A DNA stretch of 53,511 nt from a bacterium (GTDB lineage: Bacteria > SZUA-182 > DTGQ01): positions 1 through 53,511 of the forward strand of contig JBFMGO010000030.1 of the NCBI GenBank assembly GCA_040752695.1, given 5' to 3'. The notes under the pieces were generated by a model. The model worked only from the letters and a program-made list of their open reading frames with translations. It had not been told where the DNA came from and did no database searches. Below are positions 18,100-29,071 of the stretch, piece after piece (positions within the stretch are counted from its first letter, which is position 1; every line of letters begins with the position of its first letter). The position numbers and the translations under genes were made by a program.

Positions 18100-20199
18100 A
18101 TGCTCGAAAAATTTTTCTCTCCACAGTCAGTAGCTATCGTGGGTGCCTCGCGTGAACAGGGGAAGGTTGGCCATGAAATTGTCAAAAATCTCCTTCTCGG
18201 TGGATTTTCAGGACGAATCTATCCTATCAATCCAAAAGCTACGTGCATTCTGGGGAAGAAAGTTTATGCCAGAATCGCGGATCTCCCGGATGGCCAGGTA
18301 GACCTGGCTATCATTGTCATTCCGGCCCAATATGTCCAGGGAGCGCTCGTTGAGTGCGCCCAGAAGGGGATCAGGTCAATCATTATCATCTCTGCGGGTT
18401 TCAAGGAGTCCGGAAAGGAAGGCGCTCAGAGGGAACGGGAAGTCCTCCAGACTGCTCAGGAGCTTGGAATAAGGATTCTGGGGCCGAATTGTCTCGGACT
18501 CATCAATACTTCCACCAGCCTGAATGCATCGTTCTCCAGCGAAATGCCCGTAAGAGGAAATATCGCTTTTTTCTCACAGTCGGGTGCACTCGGCACAGCT
18601 ATCCTCGACTGGGCTGTCGGTCAAAAAATCGGGTTTTCCAAATTCATCAGTATGGGCAATAAAGCCGACCTTGCCGAGAGCGATACCATGGAAGCTCTGT
18701 GCCAGGATCCTGATTCCAAGGTCATTTTAGGATACCTGGAAGGAATCGAGCGGGGTCAGGAGTTCATGCACAAAGCGGGGGAAGTGAGCAAGGTCAAACC
18801 GATCGTTATTACCAAGTCGGGGAGCACCTCCGCCGGCACGCGGGCAGCATCATCGCACACCGGCAGTCTTACCGGTGCGGATGTAGCCTTCGAAGCTGCC
18901 TTCAAGCAGTCAGGCGTCATTCGGGCCAGGACTATCGAGGAGCTCTTTAACTATGCACTGGCCTTTGCCTACCAGCCGCTGCCTCAGGGGCCGAACCTGG
19001 CTATCATCACCAATGCAGGGGGACCTGGCATTCTAGCGGCCGATGCAGCGGAAAAAAACAATATTAACCTCTTCTTTTTGAGTAAAGAAACAACCGACAA
19101 ACTGACCGCAGTGCTTCCTCACGCGGCCGGGGTCTATAATCCCGTGGATATCCTGGGAGATGCCAGAGCGGATAGATACCAGAAAACCCTGGAGGTGGTG
19201 CTGGAAGATCCACGAGTGAACGGAATCCTGGTGATTCTCACGCCGCAGGCCATGACTGAAATTCCTCAAACCGCAGAGATCATTGGCGAGGTTTCCATGA
19301 CTACGGAAAAACCGATTCTGGCCTCGTTCATGGGGGAGTATGCCGTCAGGGAAGGAATCGAGAGACTGGCCAAGTACAAAATTCCCAATTACAGCTATCC
19401 AGAGCATGCCATAGAGTCTTTTCACACCATGTGGGAATACCGGCGATGGCAGGAGCAGCCCCCTTTAACACACGTTTCCTTTGAAGCGGATAAGGCCAGG
19501 GTCCGTCAGATCATTAACCAGGTTCGAAACTCAGGGCACCTTGAAATCGGTGACCTGAAAGCGCGGGAGATCCTTGCAGCTTACCAGTTCGAAGTTCCGG
19601 TCTCCAGGGTTGCGGAAGACTCCGATATGGCCGTGGCACTGGCTGATGCGATCGGCTATCCGGTAGTCATGAAAATCGTTTCTCCGGATATCCTTCACAA
19701 ATCCGATGTAGGAGGTGTGCGGGTAGGACTGAACAGCCCGGATGAGGTTCACACCGCCTTTCTTGGAATCATGTCCAAGGTGCAAAAGTTTATGCCTCAG
19801 GCGATCATTCAGGGCGTATCCATCCAAAAAATGTATGAAGGGAACAGGGAAGTCATTCTGGGCATGGCCAGGGATCCCCAATTTGGTCCTCTTATCATGT
19901 TCGGACTTGGCGGAATCTACGTCGAAGTTCTCAAAGATGTATCTTTCCGCATTGCCCCGATCAGCTCAGAGGACGCTCAGGCCATGATCACCGAAATTAA
20001 ATCCTACCCCATGCTCAAAGGGGTACGGGGGCAAAAATCCGTGGACATCAATGCCATCGTAGATGCCCTTTTGCGCCTCTCACAACTGGCTGTTGATTTT
20101 CCTGAAATTCTGGAAGCGGATGTTAATCCGCTTATTATGAAAGAATCCGGTCAGGGGGCCGTGGCCGTAGATGCTCGATTTACCATCAGCCCAAACTAA
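18100..20199 (+). CDS. Acetate/acyl-CoA ligase (ADP-forming), fused alpha-beta subunits
   Basis: VAIVGAS, ILGPNCLG, SQSGALG, catalytic ASSHTGSL, NPVDILGDA, ATP-grasp ILHKSDVGGV and EADVNPL; no GNAT domain. Confidence 0.93.
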   Translation: MLEKFFSPQSVAIVGASREQGKVGHEIVKNLLLGGFSGRIYPINPKATCILGKKVYARIADLPDGQVDLAIIVIPAQYVQGALVECAQKGIRSIIIISAGFKESGKEGAQREREVLQTAQELGIRILGPNCLGLINTSTSLNASFSSEMPVRGNIAFFSQSGALGTAILDWAVGQKIGFSKFISMGNKADLAESDTMEALCQDPDSKVILGYLEGIERGQEFMHKAGEVSKVKPIVITKSGSTSAGTRAASSHTGSLTGADVAFEAAFKQSGVIRARTIEELFNYALAFAYQPLPQGPNLAIITNAGGPGILAADAAEKNNINLFFLSKETTDKLTAVLPHAAGVYNPVDILGDARADRYQKTLEVVLEDPRVNGILVILTPQAMTEIPQTAEIIGEVSMTTEKPILASFMGEYAVREGIERLAKYKIPNYSYPEHAIESFHTMWEYRRWQEQPPLTHVSFEADKARVRQIINQVRNSGHLEIGDLKAREILAAYQFEVPVSRVAEDSDMAVALADAIGYPVVMKIVSPDILHKSDVGGVRVGLNSPDEVHTAFLGIMSKVQKFMPQAIIQGVSIQKMYEGNREVILGMARDPQFGPLIMFGLGGIYVEVLKDVSFRIAPISSEDAQAMITEIKSYPMLKGVRGQKSVDINAIVDALLRLSQLAVDFPEILEADVNPLIMKESGQGAVAVDARFTISPN

Positions 20200-20237
20200 A
20201 AGTATCCTGACCTCTTTGCTCTGGAGGAAAAAAAATA

Positions 20238-21305
20238 ATGATTTCCTTATATATTGGTTCAACGGGTGGGTATTCGGGAAAGAGTCTTGTCAGTCTGGGA
20301 TTTGGGACCCGGTTTGCCAGGGATGGTTTTCGTTTCAGCTACATGAAACCTATCGGTAAACCCACTGCCCAGGTAGGTGAGAGCCTCACGGACGAGGACG
20401 CTATCTTTATCGCCAGGGCTCTCTCCCTCAGTGAACCCCTTGAAACCATCTGCCCCATTGTCGTTACGCAGGACATGGTCGTGCAGGCCTATCGAAACAA
20501 AGCAGAGGGGCTGGAGCAGAAACTCCTTGAAGCCCATCGGAAATTATCGGAAGATCGCGATATCGTACTGATCGGAGGAGGCAGCGACCTGTATGAGGGC
20601 GCATTCCTGGGCCTGTCAGGCTTATACATTGTCAAGGAACTCCTTGATACCAAAGTGGTCCTGATCGATCGTTTTACCAACGAAGTCTGCGTGGATTGTA
20701 TCCTCGGGGTGAAGGAATCCCTGGGCGATCGCCTTTTGGGTGTTATCCTGAACCGGGTGGCACCGGAGAGAATCGAGTATGTCCAGCGCAGAATCATGCC
20801 ATTTTTGAGTTCTAAAGGAATCGATACCTTCGGCATTATCCCCTATGACCAGCTTCTGAATGCGGTTACCGTTAAGGAATTAAGCGCTGCGCTGAATGCT
20901 GAAGTCCTCTGCTGCAATGAAAGGCTGGACGAACTGGTGGAAAACTATACCGTCGGCGCAATGAGCGTTGATAAGGCTCTGAAATATTTCCGGCAAAAAA
21001 AGAATAAAGCGGTCATTACCGGTGGAGATCGTCCGGAAATACAACTGGCAGCATTGGAGACATCTACCAAATGCATTGTCTTGAGCGGTAATATGTACCC
21101 CAGCGAGATAATTTTAGCCCAGGCAGAAGAACACCACGTACCAATCCTGGTGGCTAAGGATGATACCCTGGCTACAGTAGAACAGGTAGAGAGGATATTC
21201 GGCCGGATCCGGGTTCGGGACAAACGAAAAGTGTCCCGTGCCATTGAACTCATTGATCAGCATATTGACTTTCCTGCTCTCTATAGAAAGACCGGGCTGG
21301 CTTAA
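20238..21305 (+). CDS. Phosphotransacetylase N-terminal-like (BioD/AAA_26 + DRTGG) protein
   Basis: GSTGGYSGKSLVSLG, YMKPIG, VITGGDRPEIQLAALE; adjacent to the ADP-forming ligase. Confidence 0.9.
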   Translation: MISLYIGSTGGYSGKSLVSLGFGTRFARDGFRFSYMKPIGKPTAQVGESLTDEDAIFIARALSLSEPLETICPIVVTQDMVVQAYRNKAEGLEQKLLEAHRKLSEDRDIVLIGGGSDLYEGAFLGLSGLYIVKELLDTKVVLIDRFTNEVCVDCILGVKESLGDRLLGVILNRVAPERIEYVQRRIMPFLSSKGIDTFGIIPYDQLLNAVTVKELSAALNAEVLCCNERLDELVENYTVGAMSVDKALKYFRQKKNKAVITGGDRPEIQLAALETSTKCIVLSGNMYPSEIILAQAEEHHVPILVAKDDTLATVEQVERIFGRIRVRDKRKVSRAIELIDQHIDFPALYRKTGLA

Positions 21306-21495
21306 GGCTTTTTAAGACACAAGAAGCGAAGTAACCCTGACCTTCGAGCGCCGGGGGGGGCTTGCAGAGACCGAAAGCCAGGAGAAATACAGATTTAATT
21401 CCAGCCGGTAACTGGAATAGGCACTTAAAAACGCAAAATCCGTACTGTCACCGTGTATAAAAATCTTATTGTATGAGGGAGAGAATAAACAAGCT

Positions 21496-22446
21496 ATGTC
21501 TTTGACCATAGGATGGTTTACCACTGCTGAGGATACGAAGGCCCATGACCTCTTCACCGCTACCTATAGCACAATCCAGAATTTGGGCCTTGACGTACAT
21601 TTTGCTTACATTTTTTGCAATCGTCGAAAAGGAGAAGATCCAAAAAGTGATCAGTTCTTCTCATCTGTCCAGGATTTCGGGATCAACCTTATTACACACT
21701 CTTCTCGTGAATTTCAGGGAAGTCAGCATGCTCAAACGGGTGAAACCGGCAACCTATCCGATTGGCAGGAGGAATACCACAACCAGGTAATCGAAAAAAT
21801 TTCCAGCTACCCGATAGATATCGCCTTATTAGTGGGTTACACGCCCGCAGTTACGGTTGAATTCATTAAACGGCATACGACTGTCCGGTTTCGATCCGCT
21901 CTCCCGGACGGACCTTCCGGAAATTGGCCGACAGTCATCTGGCAATTAATTGGAACCAGGAGCGCTGTATCCGGTGCCACTCTCTATCTTCTGACTGAAG
22001 AGGATACCGAATGGGGCGTTCCTATCGCCTATTGCCATTACCCCATCAGGAAAAGAGAATTTTCATCCTATTGGCATGATCTTGACAGGAAGATGAAAAA
22101 TCAATCCCTGGCCCAACTCATTGCCACTGAAGGAGAAGACCTTCCCCTGTTCAAAGCCATCAAAGAAGCTGGCGAGGATCTGGAAAGCCCTCTGCTCATC
22201 CTTACGATCAAGGATATCTTGAGAGGTATCCTCAAGCTGGAAGATCAAAAGGTCATACGGGATGACCAACCCCAATCATCCGGGGGCTGCCTGACTCATG
22301 AGATTGAAGATTTCCTCATCGAACAGGAAGATGATGATGAAGAGGATGAACAGGACCAACAAGATGAAGAAGAAACAGGAGATGGGTCAAAAGAAGAAGG
22401 GGAAGAAGAGGGGGAACTTGCCGAAGAGGAATTAGAAACCATTTAG
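21496..22446 (+). CDS. Divergent PurN-like formyltransferase-fold protein with an acidic tail; probably inactive
   Basis: IGWFTT...IFCNRRKGE...ALPDGPSGNWPTVIWQLI resembles an atypical PurN-like family, but N-x-H-P is replaced by RFRS. ORF extends to 21469. Confidence 0.65.
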   Translation: MSLTIGWFTTAEDTKAHDLFTATYSTIQNLGLDVHFAYIFCNRRKGEDPKSDQFFSSVQDFGINLITHSSREFQGSQHAQTGETGNLSDWQEEYHNQVIEKISSYPIDIALLVGYTPAVTVEFIKRHTTVRFRSALPDGPSGNWPTVIWQLIGTRSAVSGATLYLLTEEDTEWGVPIAYCHYPIRKREFSSYWHDLDRKMKNQSLAQLIATEGEDLPLFKAIKEAGEDLESPLLILTIKDILRGILKLEDQKVIRDDQPQSSGGCLTHEIEDFLIEQEDDDEEDEQDQQDEEETGDGSKEEGEEEGELAEEELETI

Positions 22447-22470
22447 ACATTTTTTTTGCTTTCTTCAGGA

Positions 22471-23571
22471 ATGCAGGTGAAAACAGAACATTTCCGACGG
22501 CAGGTCAATCTGGCCTGCCAAGGTTTAATTACTTGGAATAACAATGCGTTGGAGCTCGCTCACTATTTTATCCCGCAGGGAAACCTCCTTCTTTCGCATC
22601 TGCGAAGGTACGCATACTCTTTCGGTGAATCACAGCAAGGGCAGGAGTGCAGAGCCGGTGCCTACCTTTTGTATCTCCTGCCCTTTCTTAAGGCCTTTGG
22701 AGCTACTGATCAGCGAATAGAAGAATATTCTACCGTCAGTATCTCCCTTATGCCCGGGGCCAGAAATTTCCTTGACCGGGCTTCTCAAACCGCCATCCCA
22801 TATTTCCTGATCAGCTCTGGCTATCGACCCTTTGTCCAGTCTCTGGGTTATCTGCTCGGCTTTCAGGAGTCTGAAATCTATTATACGCCACTCGACCTGG
22901 ACCACTTTTCCATTGATGAATCGGAAAAAGAGACCTTGAAAGATCTGGCAGATGAAATCGTTAAAATGCCCTTGCCGGCGCAGGAAGAGGCTCACCCCCC
23001 GACAGAAATCCTATCGGAGCACATTCCCTATTATCAAAGACTCAAGATTATCTTTGAAGAAGAGATTGCCAGCATGCAGATAGGAGACATTATGACGCGG
23101 GCTCCCGCCCTTTGGGGGGATGAAAAAGTAAAAGCCGTTATCGACAGCCTTGAAAAAACGGGGAACTCCGCTCAAAATATTCTCTACTTAGGCTGTAGCG
23201 TCCTTGACGCGGCAGCCCTTACCTGGGTAAGAGAAGCCGGAGGTATGGCTGTTTCTTTCAATGGCGATCAAACTGCGATTCGATCCGCCGAGGTCGCTGT
23301 CAGGTCAGGCTCCTGTGCGATACTGGCTGTACTCTGTGATACTTTCTCTCGACAGGGAAAAGAAGGCATAGTGGAATTAGTCAAAACGTGGGACATTCAT
23401 AAGATTCAAACTGAAAAACTCAAGATCGACCCATCCTTAATAAACGAATTATTTTCCCATGAACCCGAGTCTTTCCCGCAGCTTGAACTGGTCACCAGTT
23501 CCAATCTCGAAAGACTCATTGGCGACCCCACTGCTGCTGCTGCCGGATGGACCTTGGGGGAACGACACTAA
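22471..23571 (+). CDS. EhaR-like HAD-fold protein; probably inactive
   Basis: NNALELAHYFIPQG, LLPFLKAFGAT, LMPGA and VREAGGMAVSFNG resemble the EhaR-like family; motif I reads ACQG and motif IV reads GCSVLD. Start uncertain (22456, 22471 or 22477). Confidence 0.65.
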   Translation: MQVKTEHFRRQVNLACQGLITWNNNALELAHYFIPQGNLLLSHLRRYAYSFGESQQGQECRAGAYLLYLLPFLKAFGATDQRIEEYSTVSISLMPGARNFLDRASQTAIPYFLISSGYRPFVQSLGYLLGFQESEIYYTPLDLDHFSIDESEKETLKDLADEIVKMPLPAQEEAHPPTEILSEHIPYYQRLKIIFEEEIASMQIGDIMTRAPALWGDEKVKAVIDSLEKTGNSAQNILYLGCSVLDAAALTWVREAGGMAVSFNGDQTAIRSAEVAVRSGSCAILAVLCDTFSRQGKEGIVELVKTWDIHKIQTEKLKIDPSLINELFSHEPESFPQLELVTSSNLERLIGDPTAAAAGWTLGERH

Positions 23572-23583
23572 GGAGTTATAAGC

Positions 23584-24933
23584 ATGGCTGAAATTAAACC
23601 TTTTCAAGGTATTATCTATAATCAAGAGCGTATCCAGAATCTGTCTTCCGTTATCGCGCCTCCGTATGATGTTATTTCCGATGAGGCCAGAGAAAAGCTT
23701 TATCAAAACAGCGAGTACAATATCATACGACTTATTAAAGGAAAAACCGAATCGCAGGATTGCGCAACATCGAACCAATATACGCGTGCACATCTTTTTT
23801 TGAAATCCTGGCTTAAGGAAGAGATCCTGCAAAAAGACCATGAACCTTGCATCTACATTATGGAAGATGAATATACCATTCCGGACAGCACCATGAAACT
23901 GGTCCGAAAAGGATTCACAGCTCTCATTAAACTGGAGGAATTCGGTTCCGGAAAGATTCTTCCTCATGAAAAAACATTATCCAAGCCAAAAGAAGACCGA
24001 TTAAAACTGATTCAAGCCTGTAAAACCAATCTCAGCCCGATCTTTGCCTTCTATTCCGACCCCAGTTACATAACCAATGATCTTTTTAATGAAGCCAAAT
24101 CTGAAACAAAACCATTTATCGATATCGTATCCCAAGAACGGGTTGTCCATCGGGTCTGGAGAGCGGTAAACCGCCGAATCATACAGGGAATCATAGAGGA
24201 AATGGGACCAAAACCCGTGCTTATCGCCGACGGGCACCACAGATATGAAACCGCTCTCAATTTTTGCCGGCAAATGTGCTCTTCGCTGCCTGCATCCGCT
24301 GCCGCAACCCGGGAGGAATGCTCTTACGTGATGATGTATTTTTCGAATATGGATGACCCAGGACTGACGATTCTCCCCTACCACCGGCTGCTCAAAATCT
24401 CTGAAAATTTCCAGAGCTGGAAATCGGTTGCTCAGCAATGCTTCAGGGTGGAAAGATTTTCCTTTGACGGCATTATCACTACCGAAGGGCAGGCCCGTGA
24501 AAGAATGTTCTTTCACCTGTCCGAAAAAGGAAGAAACGCAGTGCCTGCCTACGGCCTGTATATGGGAGATAAGAACTACTACCTGCTCTCTTTAGAGCCT
24601 GGGATAGATTTAGACCGGGAAATACCGGGAAGCCTGCCATTCGTCTGTAAACAATTGGATGTGACCATTCTGGATCACCTTTTCGTTAACCGGATTCTGG
24701 GCCAAAATGCAATCGAAAACAAGGAGGCATACCTGGGATTTTCCCATGACCCCAATGAAGCTGTCAGGGCGGTGAATAGCGATGAATACCAGATGGCTCT
24801 GTTTTTAAACCCGACCCCAATTCAGATGGTAAGCAAGATCGCTTCAATTGGACTAAAGATGCCCCAAAAATCAACCTTCTTCTACCCGAAATTGCCCACC
24901 GGCCTGGTGCTGAGGAAAATCACTGAAGATTAG
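23584..24933 (+). CDS. DUF1015 family protein
   Basis: MAEIKPFQG, APPYDVI, ILPHEKT, IADGHHRYETA, MPQKSTFFYPKLPTGL. Confidence 0.93.
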   Translation: MAEIKPFQGIIYNQERIQNLSSVIAPPYDVISDEAREKLYQNSEYNIIRLIKGKTESQDCATSNQYTRAHLFLKSWLKEEILQKDHEPCIYIMEDEYTIPDSTMKLVRKGFTALIKLEEFGSGKILPHEKTLSKPKEDRLKLIQACKTNLSPIFAFYSDPSYITNDLFNEAKSETKPFIDIVSQERVVHRVWRAVNRRIIQGIIEEMGPKPVLIADGHHRYETALNFCRQMCSSLPASAAATREECSYVMMYFSNMDDPGLTILPYHRLLKISENFQSWKSVAQQCFRVERFSFDGIITTEGQARERMFFHLSEKGRNAVPAYGLYMGDKNYYLLSLEPGIDLDREIPGSLPFVCKQLDVTILDHLFVNRILGQNAIENKEAYLGFSHDPNEAVRAVNSDEYQMALFLNPTPIQMVSKIASIGLKMPQKSTFFYPKLPTGLVLRKITED

Positions 24934-25099
24934 AAGCGAAGGAGAAATGATAATTGGAAGAAGATAGAGATACCGATCAAACCGCAAAGGCGGAATGATA
25001 ACGACGAAGCGATAACGATGGAGCGACAATGATGGCCGGTCCCCTGATCAGACAATACGGATGACAATCTTTGTATTACCTGACCTGTCCAACATGACA

Positions 25100-27547
25100 T
25101 TACCTGTCCACATTAAATTTCAGCAGTCTGCCTAACTGACGCAGCTCTTCGGTTCTTTCATGAGTCAGAGCCGAAATTTCGCCTCGCAGCACTCCGTGAT
25201 AGTTTTGCAGAAGATTTTGAAAATGGTTTTGCATCTGCCACAGGTTAAGCGTCAGCCGAAGTTTGTCAGCTATGGAAAAAAGCAGTTGAATAGTCGCAAA
25301 ATCATCTGTAGATGGCTTTTGTGAGAGCAGATGGAGCCTTTTTTCCAGTTGGTGACGGGTCAAAAGTTCCACTTCCTGAGTCGAGAGCTTCACCTGCCAG
25401 TGTTCGGCCTGCTGGATAATGCTCAAAAGGCGATTCCTGCTGTCATCGCCCGCTGGCATAGATAGGGTTTTTAATTCATTGATAAATTCATCATACAGAA
25501 AATATTCTGCTGCCACCATGAATCCCTTGGGGACCGGGACCTCCAATTCCCGGAGATATTCCATCATCTGGTAATGTTCACGGTAAAGGTTACGGTAGGT
25601 ATCGGTGAAGTGTTTGAGGATATGATTACTGATCTGAGAGGTAATCTTGATGCGCTCCTCCAGAAACAATTCACCCAGACTCAAGGGGGCTGTCCCAAAG
25701 TTTTCAGCGATGATCCGGTTGACTACCTCGATATCCGCGGTGGCGAAGCTTCTCATTAAAATATCTTTGACTTTCTGATAGTGCATCTCTTTTTCTGACT
25801 CAGTGAGAACGTAGGAGCGGATATCGAGACCAACAGGGTGGAAAACGAAAAGAGCAGCATCATACGTTTCCTGAGTGATCAGGCTTAAAACCTTGACTTC
25901 ACCGATAGCCAGATGACTGGAGTTGGCCTCTGCTTTTTCAAAATCCCTCTTTATTACCCGATAGCTGTAAATCTCCTGCTGGGTGCCGTAATCCTCATAG
26001 AGCGAGCTGATGGCATAGTGAGCCAGAACCCTGCGAAAATCAACCTGGGAAGGAAGAACCACTTTTCTGTAAATGTCCACTCCCGTTCCCATCTCAGGGC
26101 GATTGCTTCTGGCTTCGGCTAACTTGTCGAGAAGCACCTTTTCGATGTCCGGTGTCGATGGCGATCCGGCGACTTCCTTGGCCAATTGAATGGCTCTGGC
26201 CGCGTATTTCATAATCTGAACCGTCTCGATTCCTGAAATATCATCAAAAAACCAGCCGCAACTGGTGAACATAAGCTGGCCGCAGCGCTGCATCTCCATA
26301 AGCTTCAGAACCAGCACCCGCTCCTGCGCTTCAAGGCTCCTTTGCTGATGAGCAGCCAGAAATCGCTCGACATTTTCCTGGTTCCGGTTGAGAATAACGT
26401 CAATATAGGCATTTCTGGCTTCCCAGGGATCACTCAGATAACGCACGCCTTCCCTCTCAAAGATCTCATCCAGCATCACCTTCAGTCGATCCAGGCCCTC
26501 ACGCAAAGGCTGCCTCCATTGCTGGTTCCAGCCATAATACCTTCCGGAATTGCACCCGCAATTGGCGCGCCATCTCTGGATTCCATGAGCGCAACTCCAG
26601 GATGAATTTTCAAAGATTTCAACCTGAAACTTGGGAGGGTGCTTCTCCAGATACTCGCCATAGTTGGTCAGCCTGGCAATATTATTCCTTTCAATATAAT
26701 CGAGTGCATAAGTCAGAGCCATCTCACCAAATTTAAAATGATGACCGTAGGATTCCCCATCCGTGGCCAGATTGAGAATCTGAGGCCAGACCCGGCCATC
26801 GTTAAACCCTTTCATGATTCTCTGGACAAAATAATCCCCGCTTTCGAGCACCCGGTCGAAAGCAATGGAAAAAGAGATGGGAGCATCATAAAAAAAGAGA
26901 ACAATCGACCGGCCATCCTTAAGGAAGCATTTGTAAGCCAGAGTCGGATCGATGTTCCCCTGGCCGGTATCCATCCACTCTTCAGCCCCGATCTTGCGGA
27001 TCCTCCGTGCCTGATGAGGAGCCAGAATGGTAAACTGAATACCCTCCTCACTCAAGGTCTGTAATACCTCAAGATTGACCGCTGCTTCGGGCAGCCATAT
27101 GCCTTCAGGCTTTCTCTGAAAATGATACTCAAAATCCCTGATTGCCCAAATGACCTGGGTTTTTTGATCCCTTTTCGAAGCAAGTGGCATAATGAGATGA
27201 TTGTAGCCCTGAGCGATCGCGTTCCCATGTCCTGATCTTTCCTGCCGGCTGATTCGATCCGCATCAATGATCCGGCTATAGGTTTCCGGCACATACTTTT
27301 TCAACCAGGAAAGAAGTGTAGGGCCGAAATTAAAACTCATCTTTTTGTAGTTGTTGATAATCTTGAGAATTTGATTCTTGCCGTCCATAATGCGAGAGGC
27401 GGAATTGGGGGAGTAACACTCAGCAGCTATTTTATCATTCCAATCATGATAGGGGCTGGCTGTGGGTTGAACCTCAATTTCCTCTAGCCATGGATTTTCC
27501 CGAGGAGGCTGGTAGAAGTGCCCGTGAATACAAAAATATTTTTCCAC
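25100..27547 (-). CDS. Glycoside hydrolase family 57 / DUF3536 protein
   Basis: IHGHFYQPPRENPW, SFNFGPTLL, GIWLPE, ATDGESYGHH, SWSCAHG, MFTSCGWFFDD. Confidence 0.93.
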   Translation of the reverse strand: MEKYFCIHGHFYQPPRENPWLEEIEVQPTASPYHDWNDKIAAECYSPNSASRIMDGKNQILKIINNYKKMSFNFGPTLLSWLKKYVPETYSRIIDADRISRQERSGHGNAIAQGYNHLIMPLASKRDQKTQVIWAIRDFEYHFQRKPEGIWLPEAAVNLEVLQTLSEEGIQFTILAPHQARRIRKIGAEEWMDTGQGNIDPTLAYKCFLKDGRSIVLFFYDAPISFSIAFDRVLESGDYFVQRIMKGFNDGRVWPQILNLATDGESYGHHFKFGEMALTYALDYIERNNIARLTNYGEYLEKHPPKFQVEIFENSSWSCAHGIQRWRANCGCNSGRYYGWNQQWRQPLREGLDRLKVMLDEIFEREGVRYLSDPWEARNAYIDVILNRNQENVERFLAAHQQRSLEAQERVLVLKLMEMQRCGQLMFTSCGWFFDDISGIETVQIMKYAARAIQLAKEVAGSPSTPDIEKVLLDKLAEARSNRPEMGTGVDIYRKVVLPSQVDFRRVLAHYAISSLYEDYGTQQEIYSYRVIKRDFEKAEANSSHLAIGEVKVLSLITQETYDAALFVFHPVGLDIRSYVLTESEKEMHYQKVKDILMRSFATADIEVVNRIIAENFGTAPLSLGELFLEERIKITSQISNHILKHFTDTYRNLYREHYQMMEYLRELEVPVPKGFMVAAEYFLYDEFINELKTLSMPAGDDSRNRLLSIIQQAEHWQVKLSTQEVELLTRHQLEKRLHLLSQKPSTDDFATIQLLFSIADKLRLTLNLWQMQNHFQNLLQNYHGVLRGEISALTHERTEELRQLGRLLKFNVDR

Positions 27548-28093
27548 TTTAAATCACGCAATCACTTGTGAATTGAGAATTTTTGCTCTCATGTAGGTTA
27601 TTTAGATAGTATTTCTTTGTGAACTTCTATGGTTAAACCGTTTCCTGTACATAATGGGAATTGTTACCTTTAAGTAATAACACCTTTTACTCGCCCTGTC
27701 AACTGGAGCAGGTAAAAGCCTACTCTTTTTAATGCGTATCTCCGCAGAAAACACACGTTAAAGCAATTAGATGCTCTTATGGTACATAAAGTTGCAGTAC
27801 AAATCAAGCTTATTTTTATGATACAAACCATAGCCACCCCAGTGAAATGAACTGTACACCATGCTCTACAATACAACGAACAGATAATCATACATGCTCT
27901 TGTAATCGTGCACCACCTGAAAGAGTAATTTTTATTCAGGAATACCGACTTACAAAAGAGAGCAGAATTTTTCTCAAAAAAAAACAGGTGAAACTGACCG
28001 AGATTGAACTTTTCACTTGAACCTTTCGTCAAGAACTGCTATTTAATTTAATAGGGGAATTTTGGATTAGGTTCAAAATAAGGAAACTAAAAA

Positions 28094-29071
28094 ATGAAAG
28101 AGATCATCGACCCTATCAAGCAAAATAATTTAATTCGTATTAATCAGCACCACTTTTCTGCCAGATCTCATTATTCGGAAATCTATGACATCCTGACTAT
28201 CAACTTCGAAAGCCTTATCAATGCTTCCTCTCCGCTTGCCGAGAGAAAGGCTGTCCTGATGAAGACTCTTCTCAAAGAGCTTATTTCACAACTTCCTTCG
28301 GATTATCACGAGATTCTTAAGCTTACTCTTGTCAAAAACCAAAAAAAATTCCTCCTTCACAACTCTATTAACGTTTGCATTCTCTCCCTGCTGATAGGCC
28401 GGGCTTTAAACTACTCCGACGACGAACTCCTCGAACTGGGATTTGCTGCTTTAATGCACGATATCGGGATGTTCGCTCTAGAAGGTATGATTTATTCAGC
28501 CGAAACCTTCACCAAAGAGCATCGGGACAATATCTTTTTGCATCCCAATAACGGGCTTCTTCTTCTCGATCGATTTACCCGCGTTACCGAGGATCTGGAA
28601 AAAGCGGTTATTCAGGAGCATGAACGAGAAGATGGAAGCGGCTACCCTGAAGGCATCAAAGGAAAAAACATTCATGAGTTTGCTAAAATTATCGCCCTGG
28701 CTGACTGTTACGAAGCCCTCACCCATTTTCGCCCTTACCGAAAATGTACACACCCCTATGATGCTATACAGATGATTCTTCATCTTTCCAAAAGTCAACT
28801 CGACCGAATCGTTGCCAATGGTCTGGTCAATTCACTCTCTATATACCCCCCTGGAACCTGCGTACGGCTTGCCAGCGGTGAAATTGGCATTGTAATAATG
28901 ATAAACGAAGGGGCTCCTTTAAGCCCTGTAGTTTCTTTATGCTACGATCGTGACGGATTTGATTTTAAAGAAAGTAAAACCGTTGACCTTCTCAAAGAGA
29001 AGGAGAATTATATCATACGGATTATTGATCTTGATTTATCATCTCAGCCTGAGCCCCTTTTGGCTAGCTGA
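28094..29071 (+). CDS. HD-GYP domain phosphodiesterase (c-di-GMP)
   Basis: HSINV, MHDIG, HEREDGSGYPEG, ADCYEALT..RPYR, YPPGTCVRLASGE. Confidence 0.92.
   Translation: MKEIIDPIKQNNLIRINQHHFSARSHYSEIYDILTINFESLINASSPLAERKAVLMKTLLKELISQLPSDYHEILKLTLVKNQKKFLLHNSINVCILSLLIGRALNYSDDELLELGFAALMHDIGMFALEGMIYSAETFTKEHRDNIFLHPNNGLLLLDRFTRVTEDLEKAVIQEHEREDGSGYPEGIKGKNIHEFAKIIALADCYEALTHFRPYRKCTHPYDAIQMILHLSKSQLDRIVANGLVNSLSIYPPGTCVRLASGEIGIVIMINEGAPLSPVVSLCYDRDGFDFKESKTVDLLKEKENYIIRIIDLDLSSQPEPLLAS

Noticed and set aside
27780..27796. TGGTAC...TTGCA sigma54-like site upstream of HD-GYP
   Set aside because: GG-to-GC spacing is 11 nt rather than the required 10.
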